A stretch of DNA of 64,000 bases, from NCBI RefSeq assembly GCF_006345805.1, contig NC_042997.1:44516001-44580000 (forward strand), given 5' to 3'. This stretch comes from Octopus sinensis (taxonomy: Eukaryota). Numbering within the stretch: the stretch's first letter is position 1; every line of letters begins with the position of its first letter. The notes beneath the pieces are model-generated. The model did no database searches, was not told the DNA's origin, and was given only the letters and a program-made list of their open reading frames with translations. Shown here one piece after another: positions 38,886 through 52,654 of this stretch. The position numbers and the translations under genes were made by a program.

Positions 38886-41870
38886 ACTTTTTTGTGACAC
38901 TCTTGGCGTGTGTATAGCCTTCAAGTCTCACTTCCATACAGTAGAGTGCTAAGTACACATGCCTGGTAGATCTTCATTTTCGTGGTCTTGGTCAGCTTAT
39001 TGTTGTCCCAAGCCTGTTTGGAGAGTTGGGCCATCGGAGCAGCTGCCTTGCCAATGCGTATATTGAGCTCAGCGTCAAGGGATAGGTTGTAGGTGACAGT
39101 AGAGCCCAGATAGGTAAACTTCTCCACCTCTTGTAATCTGTGGTCTCCAATATGTATGTTTGGGATGTCCGATGTAGCCTGGCCCATGATGCTGGTCTTC
39201 TTAAGGCTGATAGCTAAGCCAAAGTCGTTACATGCTTGCTCAGTTAATGAGCCTTTGGAGGGCTTCTTCTGTGTGTGTTACCAGAGCGGCATCATCAGCA
39301 AATAACATCTCCTTGATCAGGACGTTTCTGATTTTGGTCTTGGCTCACAGGCGCGAGAGATTGAACAGTTTCCTGTCACTTCTACTGTGCAGAAACACTC
39401 CATCATCTGATGTCTGAAAGGCATGTGAAAGTAAGAGCGAGAAGAAGATGCCAAACAATGTAGGAGCGAGGACACAACCTTGCTTTACCCCGTTTTTTAT
39501 TTGGAAGGCGGCTGATGTTGAACCATTGTGCTGTATGGTGCCTTGCATGTCATCATGGAAAGACTTGATGATCCTCAGCAGCTTTGGTGGACATCCGATT
39601 TTTTTGGAGCAGGATGAAGAGGCCTGTTCTGCTTACCGAGTCAAAAGCCTTTGTTAGATCAATGAAGGCCATATATAATGGCATTTTCTGCTCTCTGGAC
39701 TTCTCCTGAAGTTGGCGTATGGAGAATATCATATCATATCGATAGTTGATCTGCTTCTTCTAAAGCCACACTGCGATTCCAGATAGATTCGAGAAGCAAG
39801 TAGTTGTAGCCTGGCCAGGATAACGCGGGCAAAGGTCTTTCCAACAGTGCTTAGAAGAGATATACCACGGTAATTGTTACAATCACCATGGTCACCTTTG
39901 TTTTTGTAAAGCGTAATGATGTTAGCATCCCGCATATCCTGAGGGACTGTACCCTCTTCCCAGCACTGACACAGAAGCTCATGAAGGTGCCGAAGCAGGA
40001 TGGTGTTTTTGCCGGCTTTCATGATCTCTGAGGAGATGCCGTCTTTTCCCGGAGCCTTATTTCTTGCTAGGGAGTCAACAGCCTTGGTGAGCTCTGCTAT
40101 AGATGGCGGACTGTCAAGTTCGCACATGACTGGCAAGATCTTGACACTCTCGACTGCAGCCTCAGCCACTGTAGTCTCCCGTGAGTAGAGATCCTGGTAG
40201 TGCTCCACCCATCTATCCATTTGCTTGCCTTGATCCCTGATGAGATTTCAGAGGGGCTGACTTGGTTGCGGATGGACCGAGGACCTTCTTCAAACCGGCA
40301 TACATCCCACAGGTGTCGCCCCTGTCAGCAGCTGACTGGATACTCTGACAGATTTCCTGCCAATACCTATTTGCACAGCGTCTGGCTGTCAGTTGGGTTT
40401 TATTTCGTGCCTTTCTGAGTTCTTCGAGTGACTTTGTAGAAGAGTCACTCTTGTATTGCATCAGAGCTGCACGCTTTGCTTCGATAACTGGCTCCAGCTC
40501 TGAGAGCCCAGCATTGAACCAATCTGGGTTTTGCCTTTCTCTCATGCCGAAAGTATCCATTGATGTCGTATACAAGGCTTCCCTGATATAGTCCCACCTA
40601 CTTTCAGCAGAGGAGGTTGGGCAGCTACTGAGGGCAACCTTGATAGAAGCAGCAAAACATTTTCGCAGTGTAGGGTCCGAGGTTCTGGCGGTGTTGATGC
40701 GTGGTCGGCCCACTTTCTTGGAGCGATGGACTTTTTTAGGCAGAATCCTCACCCTACTTCTAATTAGTGAGTGGTCTGTGTCACAATCCGCGCTGTGGTA
40801 ACTGCGGGTCAATAGAGTAGAATTCAGAAAGGATCTCCGTGTAATGATGAGATCCAGCTGATGCCAGTGGTGAGATTTTGGATGTCTTCAGGATGCCTTG
40901 TGGGATGGCTTGTTGGTAAAGAATGTGTTTGTGATGCACAGGTTGTGGTATGTGCAGAACTCGAGTAGTCTCTGACCATTGTCATTCATGTTGCCAATAC
41001 CAAAGTGTCCAACACAAATGGGCCACGAATCATGGTCAGATCCCACGCGAGCGTTAAAATCCCCTAGAAGGTAGATATTTTCAGTCGTTGGTATATTTTC
41101 TATGACACAGTTGAGATCTTTGTAGAACTGGTCCTTGGTCTCCTCTGAGCTGTAGAGAGTGGGAGCATAGATGCTGAGTAGATGTACTGAGCCAGAAGAA
41201 GTCGAGAGGCGCAGTGAGAGGATACGCTCAGTGCCTCCTGATGGTGGTTCTATTGAGGAGAGTAGTGAGTTTCTCACTGCAAAGCCAACGCCATGTTGAC
41301 GAGGTTCTTCTGGATCGCTTCCCTGCCAAAAGAGTTTGCCGTTTGAGGGAAGTCTTGTCTCCTGCAGCCCAGCAATATCTATGTTGAGCCTCTTTAGTTC
41401 ACGGTCAATGATGGCCGTTTTCCTTGTGTCTTCAATCCTGAGTAGATCATCAGATATTCCAGGACACATGGTCCTGACATTTCCAGCTTGCCAACCGCAG
41501 AACTGGTGTTTTCTTGACTTTTAGTTGTTTGCCTGATGCAGAGGTTGCAGGCCGCTTTTCAAGTCATACTCTTAGCTCCAAGCACCCAATGGAGCAGGCG
41601 GCCTGTGGTGGGTCAGCACCTTATTAACTGGGGGCTGCCCAGCTTGAGGTGGGCAGTAGCTAACCAATAGGACACGGAGGTCCCTCCCACCGTCAGAGGT
41701 AACCCTGTAGCGCCCATATTTTACGCCAATCTGAATGGACTTATCACTCGTGACTGTTACCTCCCGTGTTGTTTCTGCAGCTTTTTACAGCAGCACTGAA
41801 GTGTCCTCTCCAGTTTTGCGCAGGCCTGGGCTATAGGTAAGAAAGTCCTGGGTAGCCCAATCGTCAGGTT
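38640..41870 (-). mobile_element. Near full-length RTE/BovB-like LINE (APE endonuclease plus reverse transcriptase, frameshifted)
   Basis: ORF fragments WNVRTMCPG...DIAGLQETRL, LLGDFNARVG, YHSADCDTDH, YKNKGDHGDCNNYRGISLL, QCGFRRSRSTIDMI, GVKQGCVLAPTLF, LFADDAAL-like, FTYLGS, VLSTLLYGSET; 3' end ggatgccaacaac. Confidence 0.95.
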
Positions 41871-42267
41871 TGACAAATAAATGACAAATACAACTGGGAG
41901 TCCATAAACATTACATCTTATTAGATTATTACATGTTTGTGCCTACTCTGTCTTCTCTTTTGCTCACTGTATCTGGTTCCTCTTCTACCCAGTTTATCTC
42001 TCAACTCATCTCTGCTATATTACTCATATACACTAATATTATGCATCTTGTGGAGTGTGCATACTTCACTTTTAGCCAGCCTTTGTTCACCCTCTGCACT
42101 ATCTACATCTCACTCTTGTACAATATTGCTGTAATCTATAGACTGTGTACAATCTATACTTTGCTCTAAAAGTGAATTCATTGTTGTTAGCAGAGGTAAT
42201 AAGTCACTGAACCTCTCCCACATAGTCTAGCTACCATGCTTGCAGATCACCCTCTCTCTCTGCCGAA

Positions 42268-42710
42268 TACTCTCTCTTTGACTCTCTTTTACTTGTTTCA
42301 GTCATTTGACTCCAGCCATGCTGGAGCACCGCCTTTAGTCGAGCAAATCGACCCCAGGGACTTATTCTTTTGTAAGCCCAGTACTTATTCTATCGGTCTC
42401 TTTTGCCGAACCGCTAAGTGACGGGGACGTAAACACACCAGCATCGGTTGTCAAGCAATGCTAGGGGGACACACACAGACACACAAACACATAAACATAT
42501 ATATACAAACAGTTAATTAGTGAATACCCAGTCTTCAATATGCTACAATCACTGCTTCTTTCAGTTTCCGTCTACCAAATCCACTCACAAGGCATTGGTC
42601 GGCCCGGGGCTATAGCAGAAGACACTTGCCCAAGATGCCACGCAGTGGGACTGAACCCGGAACCATGTGGTTGGTTAGCAAGCTACTTACCACACAGCCA
42701 CTCCTGCGCC
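42268..42710 (-). mobile_element. OK-like SINE whose centre is replaced by about 50 bp of unrelated sequence
   Basis: Tail half 42268-~42505 and head half ~42555-42710 are separated by aaacagttaattagtgaatacccagtc... Confidence 0.8.
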
Positions 42711-44402
42711 TGTCAACAACTTCTATAAAGCTATCTGAGCATTTGCTCATACTTTTAGTGCTAACTATTCCTGAGTATCTGCCACAAGCAGATTCATTGT
42801 CCACTTGATTTTGATTCTGCTACATCCCTTGTCTATCTCTTAAGGTCTCATTGAGTACATTTTATGGAATTTTGATCTATTCCTTTTATGTATATTGAGC
42901 ATAGCCATTTTCCTGATGACAGATCTAAAATGTTAGCTGGCCAAAAAGCATAATTTGCCCATTGCCTTTGTAAACATTTAGACAAGATATCTGATTGAAG
43001 AACTTTTAGTGTCACAGATCTGTTAGTGAACACATGCGACTAACTATTGATTTTGACTGATGTTATGATATAGCCTTAAAGAATAGAGAGAAAATATTTG
43101 TAATCTTTCTTTCTCACCTACCTCACTTGCAAGCATTACCAGCTGCTGTAGGAATGTAATTTGATGGATAAGCTTTCAGCTTAACTCTCCATTCACATCA
43201 TCAACAACACCTTATTCAAATAATCAGGCCTGCTGCCATTTTTTTGGTTATTTGTTTATGGGTTCCCAGCTGTATTTGTCATTTATTAATGTCTGTGTTG
43301 CAGGTGTTATGTATGCATAGAGTGAGTCTACCAACCAGGCTGTCATCACTGGGCAAGTATAGGACTCAAAGTAATGATTGAAGTTTTTTTGTTTCAAAAG
43401 AACACTTCCTTCCCCCTGTGCTTGAGCTAGCAGTGGCCAGGTAAACGGCTGAATGTGGCTGACAGGATTTGGACCTTAGAAATTATTCTTATTGTTTTTG
43501 CCATCATGTCACCATTATCTCCATTACGATTACCTCCTTCTCCTCCCTTTCTGTTATTAGTGTCATTTTTGTGGTCAAAGATCATTGTGGGCTTTAGACC
43601 TCATTTAAAATTGTCCATAGTAGCATAAGATGCAAGGATCTGCTGAATACTTTTCATTTAATTGCTAAAGCCATCAATTTTCTGATCAACTGTACTTTGA
43701 ATTACTGTGCATCATTTTTACTCCAGCATTTTATTTTTTACCCTCTGACCGTTTCTTTATCTGTTAGTGACCAAACCCTTGTAATATGTTTTTTTTTGTT
43801 TTTGTTTTTTCATATTATTAAATATTCTCCTTGAGTGAGGGTTATACCAGAAAAATGAATGACAGAATTCATTAAACAGTTGTGAGTCACTGGAATTTAC
43901 CATTCTCTTGGGGTGGGGTGGGGGAATAATAATAATAATCCTTTCTACTCTAAGCACAAGGCCTGGATTTTGTGGGGAGGGGGACAGTCAATCACATCAA
44001 CCCCCAGTACTCGACTGGTACTTAATTTATCGACCTTTATTTACATTGCAGCAGAAAAGAAAAGGATCACTTCTATTGAGCGATGTTTCATTGATCCACC
44101 TGGAATTTCACTTCTACCTGTGTTGTTTGTAGAATAAATAAAGGAATCAGATCACTAAGTTACTGTACTCGTGTTTGCTTGTACTCTCTTCACTTTATCT
44201 CATTTACTGCCATACAGACACATGTATGTGTGAACACATTGTGTATGTATATATGTATGTGTGTGTTTTTGTGCTTGTATTCTAGAGAATTGATGATTGC
44301 TTGAGATTTATTTCCCCCACCAACTTCTCATTTAGAATCAGTTGCAACTGCCATTAAGTGCTTGTTTACTTTCTCTCGAAACCTTTCTGTATGGTATTTA
44401 GT

Positions 44403-44820
44403 ATACTCTTTTCACTCTTTTACTCTTTTACTTGTTTCAGTCATTTGACTGCGGCCATGCTGGAGCACCGCCTTTAGTCGAGCAAATCGACCCCGGGACT
44501 TATTCTTTGTAAGCCCAGTACTTATTCTATCGATCTCTTTTGCTGAACCGCTAAGTGACGGGGACGTAAACACACCAGCATCGGTTGTCAAGCAATGCTA
44601 GGAGCACAAACACAGACACACAAACATATACACACACACTTATATATATATACATATACATATATACGACAGGCTTCTTTCAGTTTCCGTCTACCAAATC
44701 CACTCACAAGGCATTGGTCGGCCTGGGGCTATAGCAGAAGACACATGCCCAAGATGCCACGCAGTGGGACTGAACCCGGAACCATGTGGTTGGTTAGCAA
44801 GCTACTTACCACACAGCCAC
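44403..44820 (-). mobile_element. OK-like SINE (head slightly truncated)
   Basis: Matches the family. Confidence 0.88.
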
Positions 44821-45438
44821 TACATGTTTATTATGCTTTAGTGTAACAAATGAGGAGGGAGGGTAGTGCTCTTCATCTTTGCAGTATCTCTCAGACTCTT
44901 ATATTTAATATGGTTGTATTTAGTATAAACTTTTACAGGTTATTATTGTTTAGTATAACCTAGGCAGGCAGAGATGTTCCAGAGGAGTGCAGCACTAACG
45001 GAGTAGATTTTAGCAAAGGGCTTTATGGTACAGTTGGGCAGTGAGACATAGTGCAATGATGACGGAGGACGATGCAGGTACGTTAGGTTCATACGGTTTT
45101 GGCAGAAGAGGTAAAGAAAACAAACAGCATAACTTTGAACCAGTGATTGTAGCATATTGGAGACTGGGTATTCAGTAATTAACTGTTTGATATTTCATTG
45201 AATGCCCAGCATGAATTAAGGTGTAACAATTGATGTAGATTGTGTTGTTTCTGTCCTTGAGGAGGAAACCTAGTCTTTAGGATGTAGTTTTGGCAAGGCT
45301 GTATATGTGAGGCTTCTATGAAAATGAGTTCAAAGACAGTACAAATTTTTTTGTTGTGTATGAGTCATCTGTGTGTGAGGTGAGATGAGTGGAGAGATTA
45401 AGTGTGAGAAGACTTTTCTGCGATATATATATATATAT

Positions 45439-45479
<41 letters not shown>

Positions 45480-45481
<2 letters not shown>

Positions 45482-45782
45482 CATCATCATCATCATCATC
45501 ATCATTTAGCGTCTGCTTTCCATGCTAGCATGGGTTGGACGGTTCAACCGGGGTCTGTGAAGCTGGAAGGCTTCGTCAGGACCAGTCAGATCTGGCAGTG
45601 TTTCTACAGCTGGATGCCCTTCCTAACGCCAACCACTCCGTGAGTGTAGTGGGTGTTTTTTACGTGTCACCGGCACGGGGCCAGGCGATGCTGGCAATGG
45701 ACACGAACGGATGGTGCTTTTATGTGCCACCGACACGGGGCCAGACAGAGCTGGCAAACGGCCACGAACGGACGGTGCTTTT
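45480..45782 (-). mobile_element. RTE-type 3' UTR fragment with tandem units
   Basis: (CAT)n then tttagcgtctgctttccatgctagc; three gtgccaccggcac-type units. Confidence 0.75.
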
Positions 45783-45794
45783 ATATATATACAT

Positions 45795-46997
45795 ATTTCA
45801 TTCATTCATCAAAGAAAGTACCATTACAATTGACACATTTTTTTCATCGAGTTACAAGCTTATTTATTTCGGTAACAAGAATCTGGAGTTCTGGAGCTGA
45901 TGACCTCTTTGAATGCGCTTTCAGCATCAGTTTGATTTTTGAACTCTTTCTCTCGCAGGAAGCCATCAGGTTGTTTGAAAAAGTGATAGTCGGTAGAAGA
46001 ATGGTCTGAGGAATGAGCTGGATGGAGATGAACTTCGTATCCAAGTTCCTTCAGCTTCTGGAGCGTCATTAGTGAAACGTGTGGTCAAGCATTGTCGTGA
46101 AGAATGATTGGCCCCCTTCTTTTGACCAACCACTTTGGGGTGGACGAGTAGCAATTTTTCGTTCATTTTGGCAATTTCATGGCAATGTTTGTGCAGAAAT
46201 GGTTTTTCTGGGTTTTAAGAAGTTTTAGTGGATGTGTCCAGTAGTACACCACCAAATAGTCACCATAACCTTCTTTTTGAAGAGCTCAGATTTAGGGAAG
46301 ATTTTCAATGCTTCATTTTGGTCCAACCACTGCGAAGAACGTTTTTTTATTATTGTACAGAATCCATTTTTCATCGCAAGTTACAAAGAATCAGTCTGGT
46401 TACGGAGAAGAAGTGACAACCAAATTTCATGTCTGTGCATTTTCTGATTTTCATTCAAATCATGTGGTACCCATTTGTTGAGCCTTTTTTATTTTCCAAT
46501 TGCATGCAAATGGTTGCAGACAGTTTTCTGGCTAACTTGAAGTTCTTTTGCCAGTTCTCAAGTGGTTTTGTATGGATCTTTCTCAATGACAGTCTTTAAT
46601 TGACCGTCATTGATGACAGATGGGCATCCACTACACTCACGATCTTCAAGGCTCACTGCAAAATCATTTAAACCATTTTCAAGCTGACCACTCATTGATC
46701 ATTTCCTCATCAAACATTTTCTTGATATTGTGAGCAGTTTCAGCTGCTCTACTTCCTTTTTTGAAGTTGAATAGCAAAATTGTTCAAACATTGCACTTGG
46801 ACAGTTCCACTTGAGATGACTGTAACAAATGGGGAAAAAATATCAATGTTAATTTATTGATGCATTTGGACAAGTCTATGTCTATATTATCAGACAATTT
46901 CAAAAAAATGCTTAAAAACAAAATTCAAAACTCTGCAAAAATCCAGTACAAATTCTTCATGGTTCAAAACATTGCTTACTTTTTACTGAACCTGATT
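45795..46997 (-). mobile_element. Decayed mariner (HsMar1/cecropia-like) transposase pseudogene
   Basis: Minus peptides LQKLKELGYEVHLHPAHSSDHSSTDYHFFKQPDGFLREKEFKNQ and NKLVTR*KKCVNCNG; TIR-like sequence at 46967-46996; the other TIR was not found. Confidence 0.8.
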
Positions 46998-47099
46998 TTT
47001 GAAGTGATTGTTTTTACTTGTATGTTTCTGCCACTGAAGGATGTCCTCTCTCTTTAAAAAAAAAAAAAAGAAATATATCCTTCAGTGCCTCTACTGAAG

Positions 47100-47460
47100 G
47101 ATACTTTGAAGGTCTCCATTCATGGAGGTAATGTATGCATGATGTGAAGTATGTAGGTCATATGTAGATGTCAGTGTTTGGTATTTTGAAGAGGACGTAA
47201 GCGTGTTATAATCTGCATTGGAATGTGTGTTGTTAGTTGTAACAGCAAGAATGTTGTTAATGTAGAAGGAACATTATGAGCTGAGAAGAAAGAGCAATGA
47301 AGCATTTCTGAATCCAGAATTGATAACATATGGGATGAGAGGATGCACTGACAGGGGGATCATTTTGTATATTTCCAATCTAAGGCAAGAATTATAGAAA
47401 GAGACTAAAGGGGATGATAAAGCAGCTTGTTTACGAATGTCTCCATAATATTTGAGCCTT
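47100..47460 (-). mobile_element. Very degenerate non-LTR RT remnant (CR1/L2-like)
   Basis: Weak, stop-ridden similarity to the RT core region on minus; family uncertain. Confidence 0.25.
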
Positions 47461-49606
47461 CTGTCATTCTATTACCATCACTTCAAAAAGTCTCAGTGAT
47501 GTTCTTTGTCTTAGATTTGAGCATGAGGACATGTATGCGCTTCTATGGCTTGGAGTGGAATGGATCCCAGGAGAAGGAATAAGTTTGATTAGTTTCATGA
47601 AGAAAGTCGCTAGCATTCATTGCACTATTGATTAGATACCGGCTCTCCTATCCAGGATGACACTGGTCATTTGATCATGAGCACTGTTCTTATGATTGAT
47701 AAGCCCTCCATTACTGTAAATAATTAATACTTGACTCCTTGTGATATATTGTCTCTCTCTGCTGACATTGTTCTTCTGAACTTGGAGGTTATGTACCATA
47801 TCTATTTGCACCAAACTTTCAGTAAGAATGTTTTGATGTAGTCAACAGAGGAAGGTCAGTGCCCATGACCTTTCTCGGGGCCTCAGAATCTGAAGGGAAG
47901 AAAGGAGGCTATTATTTTCAGACCAGAGAACTGTTCCAAATGCTTGCAACAGAGTGGACTCTGCCAGTGAGACTATAAAGCCTTGGATGGTAGTAGTGTG
48001 GAACCACGCAACAGATTAAGTTTAACTGCTATTTATTTTTGTTGATGGCTAAAGAAATGAAGTGACAAATATGGACCCTGCAGCAAGGAACTGCATTGGA
48101 TGTTGTGTTGTATAAACACTGGTATTATCATTTGTTACACACACTCAGTATTTTGTTGTCATAGTCATTGCTGATATCTAATAATTAGTAGGTTATTATT
48201 AGAAATAACAATTTACACAGATATCTGATTCCTTTTGCAATTTTTAAAAACATTTCTGAGAATTTACTGCTGATTTGTAGTGAAGTTTGGAAATTTAAAT
48301 ATAGATTTTGAAGAAATCAGCAGTTACTATCTAAAAATATTGGAAAATCTTGGAGGCAAAGATATGTTAAAACACAGTTTGACATTAAATTTGTGTACTG
48401 GTGTCTAATGAGGCTATTGTTTAAAATTACAATTAATAACAATAATAGTAAATTCCCTGATGCAGTACCAGACAGTGGCTCTTGTGGCTTCTGATCTTAG
48501 CTGACTGAAAATATTATCATGTACATTGTTTAGTCTTGACAAATATCCTGCTCAATACCACAGATTTACTTGTCAGTTGTTTGATCTTAACCAGTTGAGC
48601 CTGTCCCTTAGTGGTTGATGATGTGTGCATCTCTGATCACGAGCAGAAGTAGTGGGGAAGCATCATAGCCATGTGTTGAGAGGAGTTCTTTGGAGTTTGG
48701 TTAATTCACCTCTGGAAACATGGGTGTTTCGTTCAACCTCCTTAACCAACCCTTATTCAGAGATCTTTCTAAAATTCTAACTGGGCCCCACCTGCAAGGT
48801 CATGTGCTGTTTATCTTGAAATGAGATTACCATGTCATGCACACATGGTTGTGATGCATGTGCCTGTTGTGCCCTTATCAGACAGGTAGACATGATGGGT
48901 ATACTGGGCTTCGTATATTTTACCCCAGTGTCACTTTGATGGCATCTACTACTTGCTCACTCAATAATAATAATAATAATATAATAATAATAATAATAAA
49001 AATAACAATATTTTGTTACCTAGACACAAGGCCAAAAATTATGGCATAAGAATTTAGTAGATTAGATTAGATTAACCCTTTTCCTTGACTGCTATTTATT
49101 TTTATTGATCCTGGTAGGGTGAAAGCAAAGCTGACACTAGCAGGATTTGAATTTAAAATATAAGAATATAGAGAAAGTGGCAGACTAAATGGTCTAGCAT
49201 TTAGTTTATCACTGAACTGATTCTATCCATCCACTTTGAGAGAATAATTATATGACTAACGATAATGATAATAATAATTGTTTCTAATATAAGCACAAAG
49301 GGTTAGTCAATACCACCAAACTCCTGTATTTGACTGGTGCTTTATTTCACTGATCCATGCACCCTGCGAAGGTTGCTGGATAGCCATTACCTTTCAGTCA
49401 TTTTGGAACTGCTTGGAGTTTGGAGTCCTAAAGTTTGCTTTGACACACTCATTGTTTATATGAGTGCTCTTGTTCTTTGTGCAGGTGGGTTTAGCGCTAA
49501 GTGATTCATAAAGCACAATCAGATGCCAACAGATAGCTTTCTTGTGAAAATTGGTGCTAATTAAATCTGTCGTCTGAAATTTTGAATTGAAAATTCAGCA
49601 GAAAAT

Positions 49607-49649
<43 letters not shown>

Positions 49650-50705
49650 GAGAGAGATAGAGAGCGCTTGTGTCGTTAGGATGTTCTAAGACTATATGGC
49701 CATGTATGTTATCATATGTGCTGTCTGCTTCGCAGAATTTAAGGTGTGAGCATGAGAATATCAAAGGAGAAATTACTGATATAATATTGTTGTTTAGCCA
49801 CAGATCAGCCTTGACTGGGCAGACTTTTGATCAGAGGCATTCCAACTGTGACTATCTCATCTTTCTGTGTGACATATTGTATCTAGCACCACATTATCCA
49901 ATGTGTTCTCTTTAAAACATCAAAGTGTGATTTGAAGTGCATTTGGCTGCTATTCTAGCAAATCAAGCAACCATGTAGAGTCTCCTTTGTTGACTTGTAA
50001 TAATGGGCAAAAGAATCAAGATGTAGTCTTGGCAGCAACTGAGATGCATCTCACAATGGTGTAACAGGTTTCTCTAACTCCATTAGCTTTGGCAGATCCC
50101 CAAGTCTCATGTTATCTGTCTCAGACTATATAGTTGAGAGATCTTAGCCCTTTGTTAAGCTACTGAAGTCTTCAAAATTTAACATTCAAAATGGCCTGAT
50201 GGCAGTGGCCATCAGCTTAGAGGTGGGTGGAATGTGTCCATCCTCTTTGGTCTTATGTTCATTCCACAAAATATGTTGAACCCTCATGAAAAGCCTGATA
50301 TATTTACCATCAATGTTATCTTGAAGCTTCTTCTTAATTCTTTAGGTTTTAGCTCTGTCCTGAAGAAGGCAAGTTTTGTTGATTTTGAAATACTCAGTTG
50401 CCAAACATTTTGAAGCTTGTTACAGGCATTTCAGGCTAGTCCCTGGTGGTCTTTCTTGTTATCAGCAATGTTGGACCCAAGGTCATTGACCTCCTTAAAT
50501 TATGTGCCATTGTTGAAACAGAATTGGCAAGTGTCTTTCATCTTCATTGATGTTCCTGTACTTAGTCTTCTTTCATTGGCTGCAGCATTCCCAAGGAACG
50601 TTAATAAGTCTTGCATATCACACAGACCACCAGCATAGTCAAGATCAGAGTGATACAGACTCTGCTAATGTCTTGACTGTTGTTTGTTTGATGGTAAGGC
50701 CTTAA

Positions 50706-50916
50706 CCCTTTAGTGTTCAGATTACTCTGTTAAATGTCATACTTTTTCACTCAAATTGTTTTGAATTAATCCTGGATCATCTTACAGCTTTGAGGTTTCA
50801 ATGATGTGATTACTTATTTTTAGAATGGCATTGTAGGTTAGGTGTGAGAGGCCAGTTTGAATATAAAACATGTAGAATATATTGGGCCGGATTTGGCCTG
50901 TTTAAACACTAAAGGG
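50706..50916. mobile_element. piggyBac-like MITE
   Basis: TTAA flanks (50702-50705, 50917-50920); TIR ccctttagtgtt / aacactaaaggg. Confidence 0.8.
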
Positions 50917-51394
50917 TTAAATGATTTATAATTAAAATTTAAAACAACATTAATGGTCATCTATTTTAGTTGAAAAATACTGCCTGCAGTATTTTTAAAA
51001 ATTAAAAATAGAAATGACAATTTAGGTCTAGGCATGCTTGGTACACAGTCTACTTACAGACTGGTATAACTTTTGTCAGTAAACCTAATAAAATCAGTGA
51101 TATTTATATGGTCAATATTTATAGTGATATTAAGGTGGAGAGCTGGCAGAGTCGTTGCCTGTCTTGACTTTCTGAGTTCAAATTCCACCAAAGCCAACTT
51201 TTTACTTTACATAAAATATTCTTTACATTCTGTTTTATTGCAATTTATTTACAGGTATTATAGATTTTACTGGTAAAATATTTTTCAGGGAATGAATTAT
51301 AATTTTAAACATTGCTACTATGGGAAATTATTGTTCTGCTTTATGAATTTTCATTTTGCAAGCAGTCTCCAAGTACAAATTAACTTGTATATCC

Positions 51395-51740
51395 TTTTCT
51401 ACTCTAGACCCAAGGCCCGAAATTTTTTGTGGGGAGGGGGTCAGTTGATTAGATCAATTCAGTACGCAACTGGTATTTAATTTATCAACCCTGAAAGGAT
51501 GAAATACCTATTTCTTTACTACTCACAAGGGGCTAAACACAGAGAGGACAAACAAGGACAGACAAACGGATTAAGTCAATTACATCGATCTCCAGTATGT
51601 AACTGGTACTTAATTTATCGACCTCGAAAGGATGAAAGGCAAAGTCGACCTTGGCGGAATTTGAACTCAGAACATAAAGACAGATGAAATACCGCTAAGC
51701 ATTTCGCCTGGTGTGCTAGCGTTTCTGCCAGTTCACTGCC
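51395..51740 (-). mobile_element. Composite OR1-like SINEs
   Basis: A partial core (ttatcaaccctgaaaggatg) is joined at 51501-51514 to a full copy ending ctgccagttcactgcc. Confidence 0.75.
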
Positions 51741-51962
51741 TTAACTCATATATCAAGGCATTTCTGTATATGTATAATCAACATGAAGATCTCAGTACCA
51801 AAATAATATTCTTAGAACATTATCATACTTCCGACTAGTCAAATTTTTATTATTTGTCTCATTATTCTTTTTCATTTTTATTATTTTGTGTCCATATCAA
51901 ATGGGCGAGAGTTCTGATGAAAAAATTTGTACCAAGGCTCTCATTCCATCTGATAACATATA

Positions 51963-52350
51963 TCTTTATATATAAAAGTGAAGTTGTGTGTCTGTCTCCT
52001 ACGATTTAGATTCCTAACTATTCCCACATTTTGCGGTGCAGTTTAACCAAAAGCGGGTATCTTCTAGTCGTGATTCATATTGAGCCCTTCTGGGTATTAG
52101 CGCGCGTCTACGATGAGTCTACGTTAAAAAAAAAAATTTACCATCATTTTTTCCCATTTTTTTGCTATTATATAAGGGAAGTAACTCTCTAAAAATGTAT
52201 TATTAAATCTCAGAACGTAAAAAAGCTACAGTAACACCCCGCCTCTTTGTGGTTAGCCATATTGAGATGGCTATTAGACTTTACATCTCTAAAAATGCTT
52301 ATATAGTTATTTCCCTTACAAACCCGAGCAACGCCGGGTGATACTGCTAG
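51963..52350 (+). mobile_element. Non-autonomous Helitron (family B)
   Basis: A^TC start, cccgagcaacgccggg hairpin, CTAG^T end; homologous along its length to 13302-13702. Confidence 0.82.
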
Positions 52351-52654
52351 TATTGAATAAAACTGGACCCAAATATAGTAAAAACCTGCATGAAAAACAT
52401 ATATAGAAGTGAGAAGCAAAGTAGGTATGTGGCTGGAATCAACGGCAGGTATCTTGTGTTAGTGAGGCAAAAGACCCGAATTCCATTTGGTTACCTTTGT
52501 ACAAGATGAATCAGGAACACTACAATAGTCTTGTATCCTTAGACTAGCATCAGTTTAATTTTATTTGTGACTGTGAGAGACTTGCCCAATCACCCTCTTT
52601 GGGGGAAGGGGCAGGGTTCTATGTTTTTTTTTGTTTTTGTTTTATGTTGCACAG

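Noticed and set aside
42505-42555. Foreign insert in the centre of an OK-like SINE as a captured sequence
   Set aside because: No TSD or recognisable source; could be repair filler or an assembly join at a microsatellite.
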